A program made the position numbers and the translations under genes. Shown here piece after piece: positions 9,270-19,828 of a stretch of DNA of 64,000 nt. The stretch comes from Cyanophora paradoxa CCMP329 (lineage: Eukaryota; Plantae; Glaucophyta). The stretch covers positions 6,456 to 70,455 of the forward strand of contig QPMI01000567.1 in assembly GCA_004431415.1 (NCBI GenBank), read 5' to 3'. The notes under the pieces are model-generated. The model saw nothing but the letters and a program-made list of their open reading frames with translations. It was not told the DNA's origin and ran no database searches. How positions within the stretch are numbered: position 1 is the first letter of the stretch; every line of letters begins with the position of its first letter.

Positions 9270-9668
9270 ATGGAGACTCAATACAGAGGCTTTCATGTTA
9301 TGCTTGATTACAAGGCTAAATCAGCTATTGCAACAGGACATGAGCATGTTAGCTTCCTAGGTAATTGGATTATGGGAACCCTTGAACAAGCTATATTAAG
9401 ACAAGGCATAAGAATTGTTCATAAACACTGTGAGATATTTGATGGGAAACTATCACCTCCTGGATTTGCATTGGTTCTGCTATTAGATGAAAGCCATTGC
9501 ACAGCTCATTGTTATTCCAATGAAGGCATGTTAGCAATTGATATATTCAGTTGTGGTAAAGAAGCTCAGCATAAAACACAAGCAGTAGCAGATGAGATAG
9601 ATAAAACAATGAATTTCCTCACATTTGAGAAGACTGAGAGAAATAAACATGAAAGATTCCCGTTTTGA
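9270..9668 (+). CDS. speD: S-adenosylmethionine decarboxylase proenzyme, short prokaryotic type (pyruvoyl-dependent)
   Basis: G.H...D N-terminus, P.G....LL.ESH autocleavage site, H after ESH, A.DIFSCG catalytic Cys; 132 aa. Confidence 0.88.
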   Translation: METQYRGFHVMLDYKAKSAIATGHEHVSFLGNWIMGTLEQAILRQGIRIVHKHCEIFDGKLSPPGFALVLLLDESHCTAHCYSNEGMLAIDIFSCGKEAQHKTQAVADEIDKTMNFLTFEKTERNKHERFPF

Positions 9669-9954
9669 TGAGTTTCTATAATGATTTGTTAAAGGATTCC
9701 TTTGTTTTCTAACAATAACATTGATCAGCTACTGTTACAAAAGGATATAATATATCCATTTCCTACAGTAGCTTTCTACAATGATTATTTTCCGGATTCC
9801 GGTTATTGTTTACAGTAGAAATCTAATGTATGATGTAGCCGAAATATGAATGCACCCTACACCTTCAGGTGTAAGATTTCGAATACTATTCGATTTCCTT
9901 ACACTAAAACTCAGCATCTGCCCTAGATTCCCCCTATTATATAATATTTATATT

Positions 9955-10395
9955 AAAGTGGACTCAAGGTTGACTCATATTAATCGTAAAAGTAGTAATA
10001 GTATATGGATTTTGTTACGAATTCAATGCAAGGGTTGACTAAGTGGGTTGAGTTGACTCAAATTTCACAGGAAATATTTGGGACCTAAAGTTTTCTAAAA
10101 AGGATTTCAAAAAATGTGTCAACTCCCCCCACTTAGTCAACCCTGACCATAAACAGTAAGGATTTGAGCTAACATGTATCACAAAGTGAACATTTTGAGT
10201 CCACTTAGAAGATCCACTTTTGAAATCCAAGTTGATTTTGCTTGAAATTTCAAAGTTGATCTAAAAGTGAGTCCACCCTGATTGATTATGGTAACAAAGT
10301 TGACTAAGTTGACTAAGTTGAGTCATCTTAAGAAATTCAAAGAGACTAAGAGTTCAAAATGTTTATGAAAAGTGAGTCAACTTAGACCACTTCTG
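9955..10395. repeat. Subterminal array 1: AAGT(T/G)GACT(A/C)-type motifs in both orientations
   Basis: More than ten GTTGACT/AGTCAAC/GTGGACTC/GAGTCCAC variants; perfect 17-bp inverted pair AGGGTTGACTAAGTGGG (~10031) and CCCACTTAGTCAACCCT (~10128). Confidence 0.8.
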
Positions 10396-10419
10396 ATAAC
10401 AAAGTTAAATATTTAATTG

Positions 10420-10669
10420 ATTTAATCGGAAAAGAACATGATTTAATCGAATTTATTGATATAATTCCGATTAGATTCATTTAGGATTCAATTAAGATCA
10501 ATCGAAGTTATTGATATAATTCCGATTAACTACAATTAAGATACAATATCGATTAATCGAGTTTATCGATATAACATCGATTAAATTAATTGAAAATGCA
10601 TATAAAAATATGAAAATTCAGGTGAAAATTCAAATAAATTAATCGATTTTATTGATATAACATCGAATC
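10420..10669. repeat. Subterminal array 2: four ~29-bp direct repeats AATCGAnnTTAT(T/C)GATATAAnnnCGA
   Basis: Copies at ~10445, ~10500, ~10555 and ~10641. Confidence 0.85.
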
Positions 10670-10742
10670 ACACATATGAATATTCATATTTTAATCCTGA
10701 GGCGGAACGCCGAGGGATTAAAATATGAATATTCATATGTGT
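10670..10742. other. Terminal hairpin: 28-bp perfect inverted repeat with inner GGCG-GAA-CGCC mini-hairpin
   Basis: ACACATATGAATATTCATATTTTAATCC (10670-10697) pairs with 10715-10742; each arm contains the 16-bp palindrome ATATGAATATTCATAT. Confidence 0.92.
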
Positions 10743-10765
10743 ATAGTGTTATAAAATATCCGAAC

Positions 10766-13700
10766 CGAGACGGCGCCGGTCTTCGCGGCGACGGGGGCGA
10801 CCGAAGCGAAGAACGTGACGAGCGAGCCAGCGGTCTGACGGGATCGGAGGCGGGCTCGAATTCAGAGCCGTTGCGTGGAAGAGGTTTTTATATTGAGCAC
10901 CTTGGCATCAGCGAGGTTCACGCCAGACTTCGTGGCCTCCTGGTTAACGACCTGCAGTAAAAGGCTGCATTCAGACTGCGAAAGAGACCGAATAAAACGA
11001 CGCTGGAATTCAAGGGCGGACGTTCATGACGTTGGTGAGGGCGCCGGAGAGGGACGAGAGGATGTCACTGCTGGCCCCGGTGGTCTGACGCAGGGCGCGC
11101 CGCAGGCGCAGCTTCACGCCGGACGCGCTGCTGTAGTAGGACTTCAGCGTCTCGACCAGGGCGAGGATCTTCTGCAGCTTAGTCTCGAACGCGTCGTTGC
11201 TCTGCCGCAGGGCGTCAAGGTACGATCGCGGGCGAAGAAACCACTGGCTGATCATGAAAGTGTCTGAAACGCGGACCTGGGTGATCGCCGTCATCTGCGA
11301 ATTGAACGTGTCGACGACGCTCTGCGATGCGTGAGCAAAGTCAGATGACAATGCAAGAGAACGGATGCTTTCGAATTTAAGAGTGAAGCACCTTGAAAGC
11401 GGCCACGGCGTCCGCGGAGGTGTTCGTGGAGACCAACGGCTTCACCTCCACCGCAGTGGTGATGGGGAAGGAGGCGGTCAGCCCCTTCGTGTCCTTGACG
11501 ACGACCGTGAGCTTGGCGGTCTTCGTCGTGCCGTCGTTCTGCAACACGAAATTCATTTCCGTGCCTTGAGTGCATTAATTCTATCTAGATCTATCGAGGA
11601 AGACGCACAGAAGGGAAGAAGAAGTCGATGGTCGGCGTGGTAGAGTCGATCGCGAGCGGCGAAGCGAAGATGTCGGCGCGGACGGTGTACCTGCATCAGA
11701 TATTAATGTGTGCGAAAAGCTGCAGCTGACGTGCGCGTGAATGTCGAGGTCGGGCTGCTCACACGAGGGGGGTAGAAGCGGACTGCCAGCCAGAGCACGT
11801 CACCTGCGGGCAGAGTTTCAAGTTTAATTTGAACTCGTCGTGAATGTAAAGCTTGAGGCTAACTCACCGTGACCTTGTCGAGGGCCGCCTGGGCGGAGAG
11901 CGGGGAGACCGAGCACGAGCCTCCAGTGGGAGGAGAGCTGGAATCGACCGGGCCCGGGGTCGTGACGTCGACGACGGGGGTCGGTGTGGGCTCGGGCTCG
12001 GGCGCCGGGGTCGGAGACGGCGTGGGCGTGGGGGACGGCGAAGGCGTCTGCGACGGGGTCGGTGACGGGCTGGGCGTCTGGCTGGGCGTCGGCGTCGGCG
12101 GCCGAGTCGGCTGCGGTGCGAGCGGCCCAGTAAAGACTGCCGCGAAGGTGCAGCCATCAGCACTCGCGCGCGCGCGAGGGTAATATCTGATCAACAGAGC
12201 GGTGACCACGCACGGCGCATTCCCCAAGCCTCGGGCCGCACCCACGCCGCCGGGCTCGTCAGAGCCGGGCAGGTGGTCGCAAAGCCGGTGGCCGAGTAGG
12301 TATAGGGGGTGAAGATGAAGTCGTCGTCGCTCTCGTCCGCCGTTCCCTTATCATCGAGGCTTTCCGCCTCGACCACCCTCGACAGCGTTTTTGCTGTGCA
12401 GGTCCGCGTGGTGTCAATTCGCCGGCTTCGGTAGCCTCCAACCACGTATCTGCAACGTGCCGGGTGCATTGTGAGCGTGGCTTGCGCAAACAAAGAAAAG
12501 TATGTTACAAAACGCGCACATGTTGCAGTCACCGTCGTACGCACTCGCCCCGAACGCCAAGAGGGGGCGCTTCCGATGAGCACTTGTGAGCGCAGTGCTC
12601 GTCAGCGCCGCCTGCGAGGTGGCCTTATCGTTGATGAAGTCAGTGCCCGCCGTCCAGGTGACCGCCTTGTCCGTCGTGCCGAAGGTCATCTGGCCGGGGG
12701 ACGGGAAGCTGGTGTCCAGGTACACCATGCTCGACGGGGCCGTCTTGAGGTTGGTCACGTTGCTGGCTGTGATCGCCGATTTCGCAATTAATTGCAAGGC
12801 AAACAGCGGAAACGGTATTCACGCAAGCGTATATAGTTATGAAATACAGTCTAGTCTACTACAACCCGCAACGCACTCTGTGGATCGTAAACCGCAACGG
12901 TTGCGTCTCCGGTCCATCGCCCCTCTTTGAACATAGTCTCGTTGTAATATACTCCGGACCACCCGCTGAAAGAGACGAGGCTGTACATGAAGAGCTTGTT
13001 GTTGCAAATCCCAACAAACGGCGCTTCAAGGGCCGCTGCGTAAGTGTCATCGACTTCTGTTAGCTCTACTCCTGCCGCCGCAGCTTCGCTTGATGTCAAC
13101 GTTTTCGTTTCCGATGGCCTGGGCCAGACGTCAAAGTGCTCTGACATGTTCCGAGCTTGCAAGTCGATGACACTGCAATGCATACCCGGGGCCGTCACGC
13201 AAATGAAATGAAAGGATGTAAATATAATCAAGAACAGCTCAAACAAATTTGCGCACAAGAGGGTGTTCATTGCTGAAGACGCGACGTAACCATCGAATGC
13301 ATCTTTCGTTTCGACCCCGCCAACGACGTACCAGTTCTTCCCTGTGATAATGGTGCGCATGCGTTGGCCGTCTTTTGCGCACAGCAAAAAGCAGCATCGC
13401 ACCGTCGCGAGCGCAGCTCATGAAGGCGTTCTTCCGAATTTTATTGCCCAATGTGTCCTGGTTCAGTGTCCCAGCGTCATCATATTCCGGCGGGTTGGGA
13501 AAATCGAGAATCGTCTCCCACGTGCCGTTCGTGATGTTGTACCTGCACAATTTCGGTACCGTTATGAATCTTCAGAAACGTTTGCAGTAATCGATAAGCA
13601 CCGCGCGCACCGGTAAATGTTGATATTTGCGCCGGAGTTCCCATCCGGAAGCCCATACACCCCGCCCACAATCTATGAGGTGCGAAAAATTGACTTCAAT

Positions 13701-14773
13701 ATAAAAAACTTGTAAGCAGTATGACTATAATAGATAATTGTACCCAGACGCCATCTTCGAAGACAGTCATGCACGCGCCGTAGACCCCACCGTTCGGAAT
13801 GGGCGCGAGCTCGGTGATCGTTCCCAGGCTGGTGTCCACGCTGTAGAACTTGTCGGAGGAGAGCGGATACTGGGGAACCTTCGCCGAATTTTCATCGTTC
13901 GAATCCAACAGATCGTACTTGAAGCCCGAGACGCCGCCGCCGCAGTAGATCCTGCTGGACTCGCCGACGACCTCGTCCCAGGCGCAGTGCGACCAGATCG
14001 TTGCGTTCGGCGCAGTGAGCGGCGCCTTCGTGAACGACCAGACCGAGATAGGGCCGCCGCCTGCGTTTTCCCGACATCATGATTAGCTGGTTACATAAAC
14101 AGCCGCATCATAGCTATCTCCAAAGACTTCTGCGCAGAAACGAACGCATCGAAGAACAAACGCACTGATATCTGCGGACCAGAAGTCGTCTAGCAGCGCT
14201 GAAGTGACAGCCTGCATAGTTGTCACTCCCGCAACGCTCTTGTGCTTCCATATCTGGTCATAAAAGATTGCTCCATCGGGTTGCGGGTTTGGTACTTGGA
14301 CACTGTCGTAAGGTCGCCACTCCTCGAACGCGTCTCCGCTGCCGCCCTTCTGGCCGCCGTGGATGAGCATCCGGGCGTTGCCCGAGGGGTCCTTGTAGTA
14401 CACGCTGGCCGCCCCCGCCCGCTTGAGCGTCGGGTTGGCGGTGGCCGCCTGGTTGAGGCCGTCATTGTACAGCGTGCGGATGTGGTACTCGGCTGCCGCA
14501 GTGCGTAGCGCGTTAGCGCGCATGCGGAGCTCGAGATCTAGAGGCCGCATCGTGCATGTTTATTATGCGTATTCAAGCCCGGAAGGCCATGATCATGAGG
14601 GCACACTCAGGTCGGGAAAGCCGCGCGCTACACCTATATATCCCATGGCCAGCAGCGTGCGCACCTGACACGCCGGAGAAGGCGGCGGCCAGGAGCGCGA
14701 TTGCAAGCGCCAGGAGCGCGCCTGTGCCTGCGGCCGGACTCCCACGACGCATCGTTATCTTCAACTTAGCCAT
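10766..14773 (-). CDS. Multi-exon host gene: secreted kelch-like beta-propeller protein with Pro/Thr linker; 3' end apparently cut by the viral element
   Basis: Signal-peptide-like first exon (ALLALAIALLAAAFSGVS); kelch-like motifs (KRAGAAS...MLIHGG, YVVGG); PTPSQTPSPSPTP linker; GC-rich exons alternate with short GT..AG introns (e.g. 10900-10835). Exon structure only partly resolved. Confidence 0.7.
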
Positions 14774-15083
14774 ATATCCGTGGCCGCCAGGCGTCTAGAG
14801 CTAGACTCTAGATCTAGTACAGCCGCTGAACTGCGAACTGCTGCTGGCCCAGTGGCATGCGCAGCCTGCTGCTGCTCCTGAGCTCAAGATCTCAGAGTCT
14901 GTGAGGCTGTGTGCCACAGACTGGCTCACAGTGAGCAGGTCCGACGGTCAGAGCGACCGTTGCAAAAAGCGTTATTTTTTGTCCCATATCAGAGAAGCTG
15001 ATACTTCAAATACTCCATCGCCAACCTCTAGAATAGAAACTGAAATAGTAGACTCAGTTGTACTAGGCCCCGTAACTAGGGTA

Positions 15084-15344
15084 CCGTAGAGCAGGAAAAT
15101 AGTGGGCCGGAAATTAGTGGACTAGAAAACTTGGCCCTCCCTTAGGCAAAATACTGGAGCCCGAAATTAGTGGACCAAAACCTTCTCAGGCTTGTATGGG
15201 GCGGTAATTTTGGGGGGTACTGTATGGGGCAGCCTAGCAGCAGGGAAATACTGGAGCCCGAAATTAGTGGACTGAGTCAAGTTTTCGGTCCACTAATTTC
15301 GGGCTCCACTAATTTTCTGCGTCCAGTATTTTCCTGCTCTACGG
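15084..15344. mobile_element. MITE, Tc1/mariner-pogo type
   Basis: 18-bp perfect TIR CCGTAGAGCAGGAAAATA; TA on both flanks (15082-83, 15345-46); subterminal AAATTAGTGGA repeats; no ORF. Confidence 0.88.
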
Positions 15345-15411
15345 TAGCAGAACTTCGGAAGCCAACTTAAGCTTGAAGGCCGGGCCTCCTCCGAGTCAGA
15401 GGCTCCGACTA

Positions 15412-16347
15412 CCGTGTATTCGGCGTGTAATACTTAATTAGTGCGCCACAAATCACTGCCGCAGTGCGCCACTCACGCGGCCGAGTCACTGAGTCCGCGG
15501 CGCGGCGGCGCCGCCGCGCCGGCCGTCCGCCGACTCGGCGCCCAGTCGGACGCGGTCGATCGGCGGACTCGGCGGCGGATCCCGGACTCCTGGACCCGGA
15601 GTCGGCGCCGACGTCGACTCGCGAGTCGCGATCGCCGCCGAGTCGGCGGCGAGACCGTGAGACTCTGATCATGCATGATGAGAGTCCGGGGCCTCCGGGA
15701 TCCGGGCGGCTGTCCGGCGCCGCCGCGCCGATGATCGCGATCTCAGCCGATTCTCAGGATCTCGGCCCGGGGCCCGGGGGCCGGGGCGGCGGGGCCGGGC
15801 CGGCGACCGCGGCCCGTCCGAGCCGACTCCGAGGGCCCGTCCGGCGTCCGGTCGCCCGCCGAATCCGATGATCGCGATCGGCGCCGATGAAAATTAATTA
15901 AACTCGGCGTCCCGGCCCGGGTCCCGCCGCCGGCGCCGGGCTGCCGGGCCGATCCGGATCCGACTTCCGGATTCCGGATCGGACTCCGGGATCCGGTCCA
16001 TTCGAATTCGAATTCGGAGTCCGGACTCCGGACCCGGGACTCCGGGACCGTCGGACTCGCGATCGGCCCGGATCGGGGATCGAGGCCGCGGCCGGGCGGA
16101 TCCTGAATCCTGATGATGTCATCATGATCATCGATATCATGATCATGGCATGAATTCTTTTTTATGTGAATAAATGTGCGTATAAAAACCGTATATACGT
16201 GCGTATATATATACACGCGTACGCATATATGGCAATATATGCCTTTCCGAGTTTCCCTTAAGCGCCGGCCGGGCTTGCTCGACGGCCGCATCGATATTGT
16301 CGGCGAATATAAATATATATTATAATTTGTCGCCGTCGGCGCCACGG
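15412..16347. other. Palindrome-dense low-complexity tract, possibly a decayed CCGT-ended TIR element
   Basis: Bounded by TA|CCGTG and CACGG|TA; interior built from CCGG, GATC, GACTC/GAGTC, ATGATCAT and TATA/CGTA words. Confidence 0.4.
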
Positions 16348-17477
16348 TAGTAATCGGTACTGTACCAGCCTGACAGTGTACCCGGGTGATGCGGCACATG
16401 ATCGTCGCTAGCTTCGCTCCGTTCCGAACTAAGTACTGTAGGAATGCTTTTTTAGCCGATGTTTTAAATTGCCGTATATTGAACCGTCTCATTTACCTAT
16501 GGCTGGACCGTAGCTAGCCAAAAAAACTCGCAGACGCAGCTAAAAAACCCGACGCACTCATAAACTGGCGTCGCTAGAAACCTCTGTGGCCGTCGCTGGC
16601 AGGAAAATAATTAGAATGATTGCTGTCAATGGGATTCCAGCTAACGGGTCAGGGGTCGAGCTAGCGCTTGGAAAACGGTTCGCGAGTCAATCGCGCAGTC
16701 GAGTTTTCGTCTGCGAATGAAGGGAGGGTACAGGTGGATACACCCCCCAACGAACGACGGGAGGGTACGATTCCTCCTGCGTACTACGCAGGAGGCCGCC
16801 AGCAGGCGGCTGCAGTTCCTCTTTAGCTAGTGCCAAAGCGCACGCCTGCGGCCCGAATGCGGCCCGTCAGCTTGCCGTCGCCGGCCAGCAACGGCTACTA
16901 CGCCAACGACTCCCCGGAGTTCGCGGGTCCGCTGTTTCAGCGTCGGCTACGTTCAGAGAGCTCAGTAAAAGGCTGCCGAACCTCAGCCGCAGCCCCGGCG
17001 GATGCCGCACGAGAATGCAGATGCCCCGATGCGACGGCACTTTCAGGCCCGCACGGTGCCCTGCAGACTGATGCTACACTTGCTGTAGGTGCTCTCGTGC
17101 TGGCACACTGCCTGCTCACCCGGCCTCACCGCCCGCTGCCTCATCCGCCCGATGCTGACCTCTTTGACCTCGCAGTCCGAGCTCACTGAGTCAGGCGACG
17201 TGCTGAATGGATGAAGCGTTGTTTTTAGCTAGCTTTGCGTGTACTGGTGACCCCACTTGAGTCCCGAACAGTCGGCGCCCGCCACACCGTACCGTGCGCT
17301 CGGCCCTCGCGAGCCTCCAACAGCGGCACGGCGGCGCCTCTCCCGCGATGCGTGCGCGTCCCTCTGATGCCCCGCCGCCTGGGCACTGCGACGCCTCGCC
17401 GCCCCGCCTCGCTGACGGCCTTGCACAGCTCGGGGCTGTCCTCCCGCGGCCCTTGTGAGGCGAGTCTGAAGAGGAAC

Positions 17478-18850
17478 TCCCGCCCCGCCTCGGCCTCGCG
17501 CAGTGCGCGCCCCGCCTCGCCCCCGGGCCCCGCCCCGGCCCCGGCCTTGCATCGCTGACTTCTCTGCGCAGCGCCGCGGGCTTTCTGCCCCGCACAAGCT
17601 CCTCCCGCCCCGCCTCGGCCTCCCGCCCCGCCTCGGCCTCGCGCAGTGCGCGCCCCGCCTCGCCCCCGGGCCCGCCCCGGCCCCGGCCTTGCATCGCTGA
17701 CTTCTCTGCGCAGCGCCGCGGGCTTTCTGCCCCGCACAAGCTCCTCCCGCCCCGCCTCGCCTCCCGCCCCGCCTCGGCCTCGCGCAGTGCGCGCCCGCCT
17801 CGCCCCGGGCCCCGCCCCGGCCCCGGCCTTGCATCGCTGACTTCTCTGCGCAGCGCCGTGGGCTTTCTGCCCCGCACAAGCTCCTCCCGCCCCGTCTCGG
17901 CCTCCCGCCCCGGCCCTGGCCTCGCGCAGTGCGCGCCCCCGCCTCGCCCTGGGCCCCGCCCCGGCCCCGGCCTTGCGTCGCTGATTTCTCTGCGCAGCGC
18001 CGCGGGCTTTCTGCCCCGCACAAGCTCCTCCCGCCCCGCCTCGGCCTCCCGCCCCGCCTCGGCCTCGCGCAGTGCGCGCCCCGCCTCGCCCCGGGCCCCG
18101 CCCCGGCCCGGCCTTGCATCGCTGACTTCTCTGCGCAGCGCCGCGGGCTTTCTGCCCCGCACAAGCTCCTCCCGCCCCGCCTCGGCCTCCCGCCCCGCCT
18201 CGGCCTCGCGCAGTGCGCGCCCCGCCTCGCCCCCGGGCCCCGCCCCGGCCCCGGCCTTGCATCGCTGACTTCTCTGCGCAGCGCCGTGGGCTTTCTGCCC
18301 CGCACAAGCTCCTCCCGCCCCGTCTCGGCCTCCCGCCCCGGCCCTGGCCTCGCGCAGTGCGCGCCCCCGCCTCGCCCCTGGGCCCCGCCCCGGCCCCGGC
18401 CTTGCGTCGCTGATTTCTCTGCGCAGCGCCGCGGGCTTTCTGCCCCGCACAAGCTCCTCCCGCCCCGCCTCGGCCTCCCGCCCCGCCTCGGCCTCGCGCA
18501 GTGCGCGCCCCGCCTCGCCCCCGGGCCCCGCCCCGGCCCCGGCCTTGCGTCGCTGATTTCTCTGCGCAGCGCCGCGGGCTTTCTGCCCCGCACAAGCTCC
18601 TCCCGCCCCGCCTCGGCCTCCGCCCGCCTCGGCCTCGCGCAGTGCGCGCCCCGCCTCGCCCCGGGCCCGCCCCGGCCCCGGCCTTGCATCGCTGACTTCT
18701 CTGAGCAGCGCCGCGGGCTTTCTGCGGGTCCCCTTGAGCCAAGCGCCCGCGCAATGCGGCAAGCTCCTCCGGGATCCCGCCCCGCCTCGGCCTCGCGCAG
18801 TGCGCACCACGCCTGGCCGCCCGCACCCGGCCCCGCCCCGGCCTTGCGTT
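17478..18850. repeat. GC-rich ~142-bp tandem repeat, ~9.5 copies
   Basis: CCTTGC(A/G)TCGCTGA anchor at ~17545, 17687, 17827, 17971, 18112, 18255, 18400, 18543 and 18682. Confidence 0.95.
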
Positions 18851-19828
18851 CTGCAAAAATTGATTGCATGATATATGTTCGAGCCCGCGCGCGGCCGAAC
18901 GCCCCAGCGAGCTCGAGCGAGGGAGGCCGCACAGTACTAGTAAGAGAGGGCCCGAGATGATGCATGCAAGTGATAATATAATTCGCTGCGTGCACGCGCA
19001 CTGCTGAACCGAATTCGAACCTGCAGCTGCAGCTGACTCTAGATCTCGGACTCCGCGCGCCCGGGAGCGCGGCCGCGGACTGTCACGTGCACTCACTCAG
19101 CTGCGAGCTGCCGAGGTCGCTGCGAGCGACCGTCGCTCGCGATCGTACGCGGAGTGAGACGTATAACACGTACGCGTCGTTGCGACGTGAATGTGGGGGG
19201 TACGTGTCGTTAAATAAAATTTGTACCCCAAGTCGCGAGCTCCACGGGCTCAGCGCGAAGCCAGCGCCGTGGAACGCCAGCGACAGCGGAGCGTGAGTGT
19301 CTGGCCCAGCTGAACAACAGCGCCTTAGTCAAACACGCAAATGTACCGCGGAAGCGTCGGCGGTCCGTCGCACCATCACGGCTGGCGTCGCCCCCCGCAT
19401 CGCTGAACTCCCTATGAGTTAACTCACCGAGGCGAATGCGCAGGCACCGATACGCTGCGGGCCGATGCGCCGCTTTCGTGTCCTGCGAGGCAGAGGCTGC
19501 GCTGTGCTGTTCCGCGAGCCAGTGACCGCGAGCCAGAGAGAAGAATGCTCCTGTGGTCGGAGAACCACCCGTCGCCGAGGATTCCGGAGCGCGCTTGACC
19601 CACGGCAATCGGCCATAGTTTCTCCATATCTCACACGTGCCACAGTGTGCTCGGATGCTTTTGTGACTCTATTCTGCTTGTTTAATCTCGCGCAGATGCA
19701 AACGAAGCGGGGGCGCGGAGGCCGCCGAAGCGTGTACGTCCTCTTTCGCTTCCCCAGGGTGCGCGAACGCCGATCCCCAGGGTGCGCGATCTCACTGCAC
19801 CACTATCTGCAAATCTATAGTCTATAGA

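Larger units (their letters stand above)
1..10750. mobile_element. Right end of an endogenous AT-rich DNA virus (Polinton-like virus/virophage-type; class unresolved)
   Basis: Abrupt AT-rich to GC-rich switch at ~10760; tightly packed intron-less ORFs with virus-type products (S74 fibre, DUF723-like, patatin); non-coding repeat/hairpin end; adjoins an intron-containing host gene. No hallmark genes in the window. Confidence 0.8.

Noticed and set aside
17478-18850. CRISPR array
   Set aside because: No unique spacers, no cas genes and a eukaryotic context; it is a tandem satellite.
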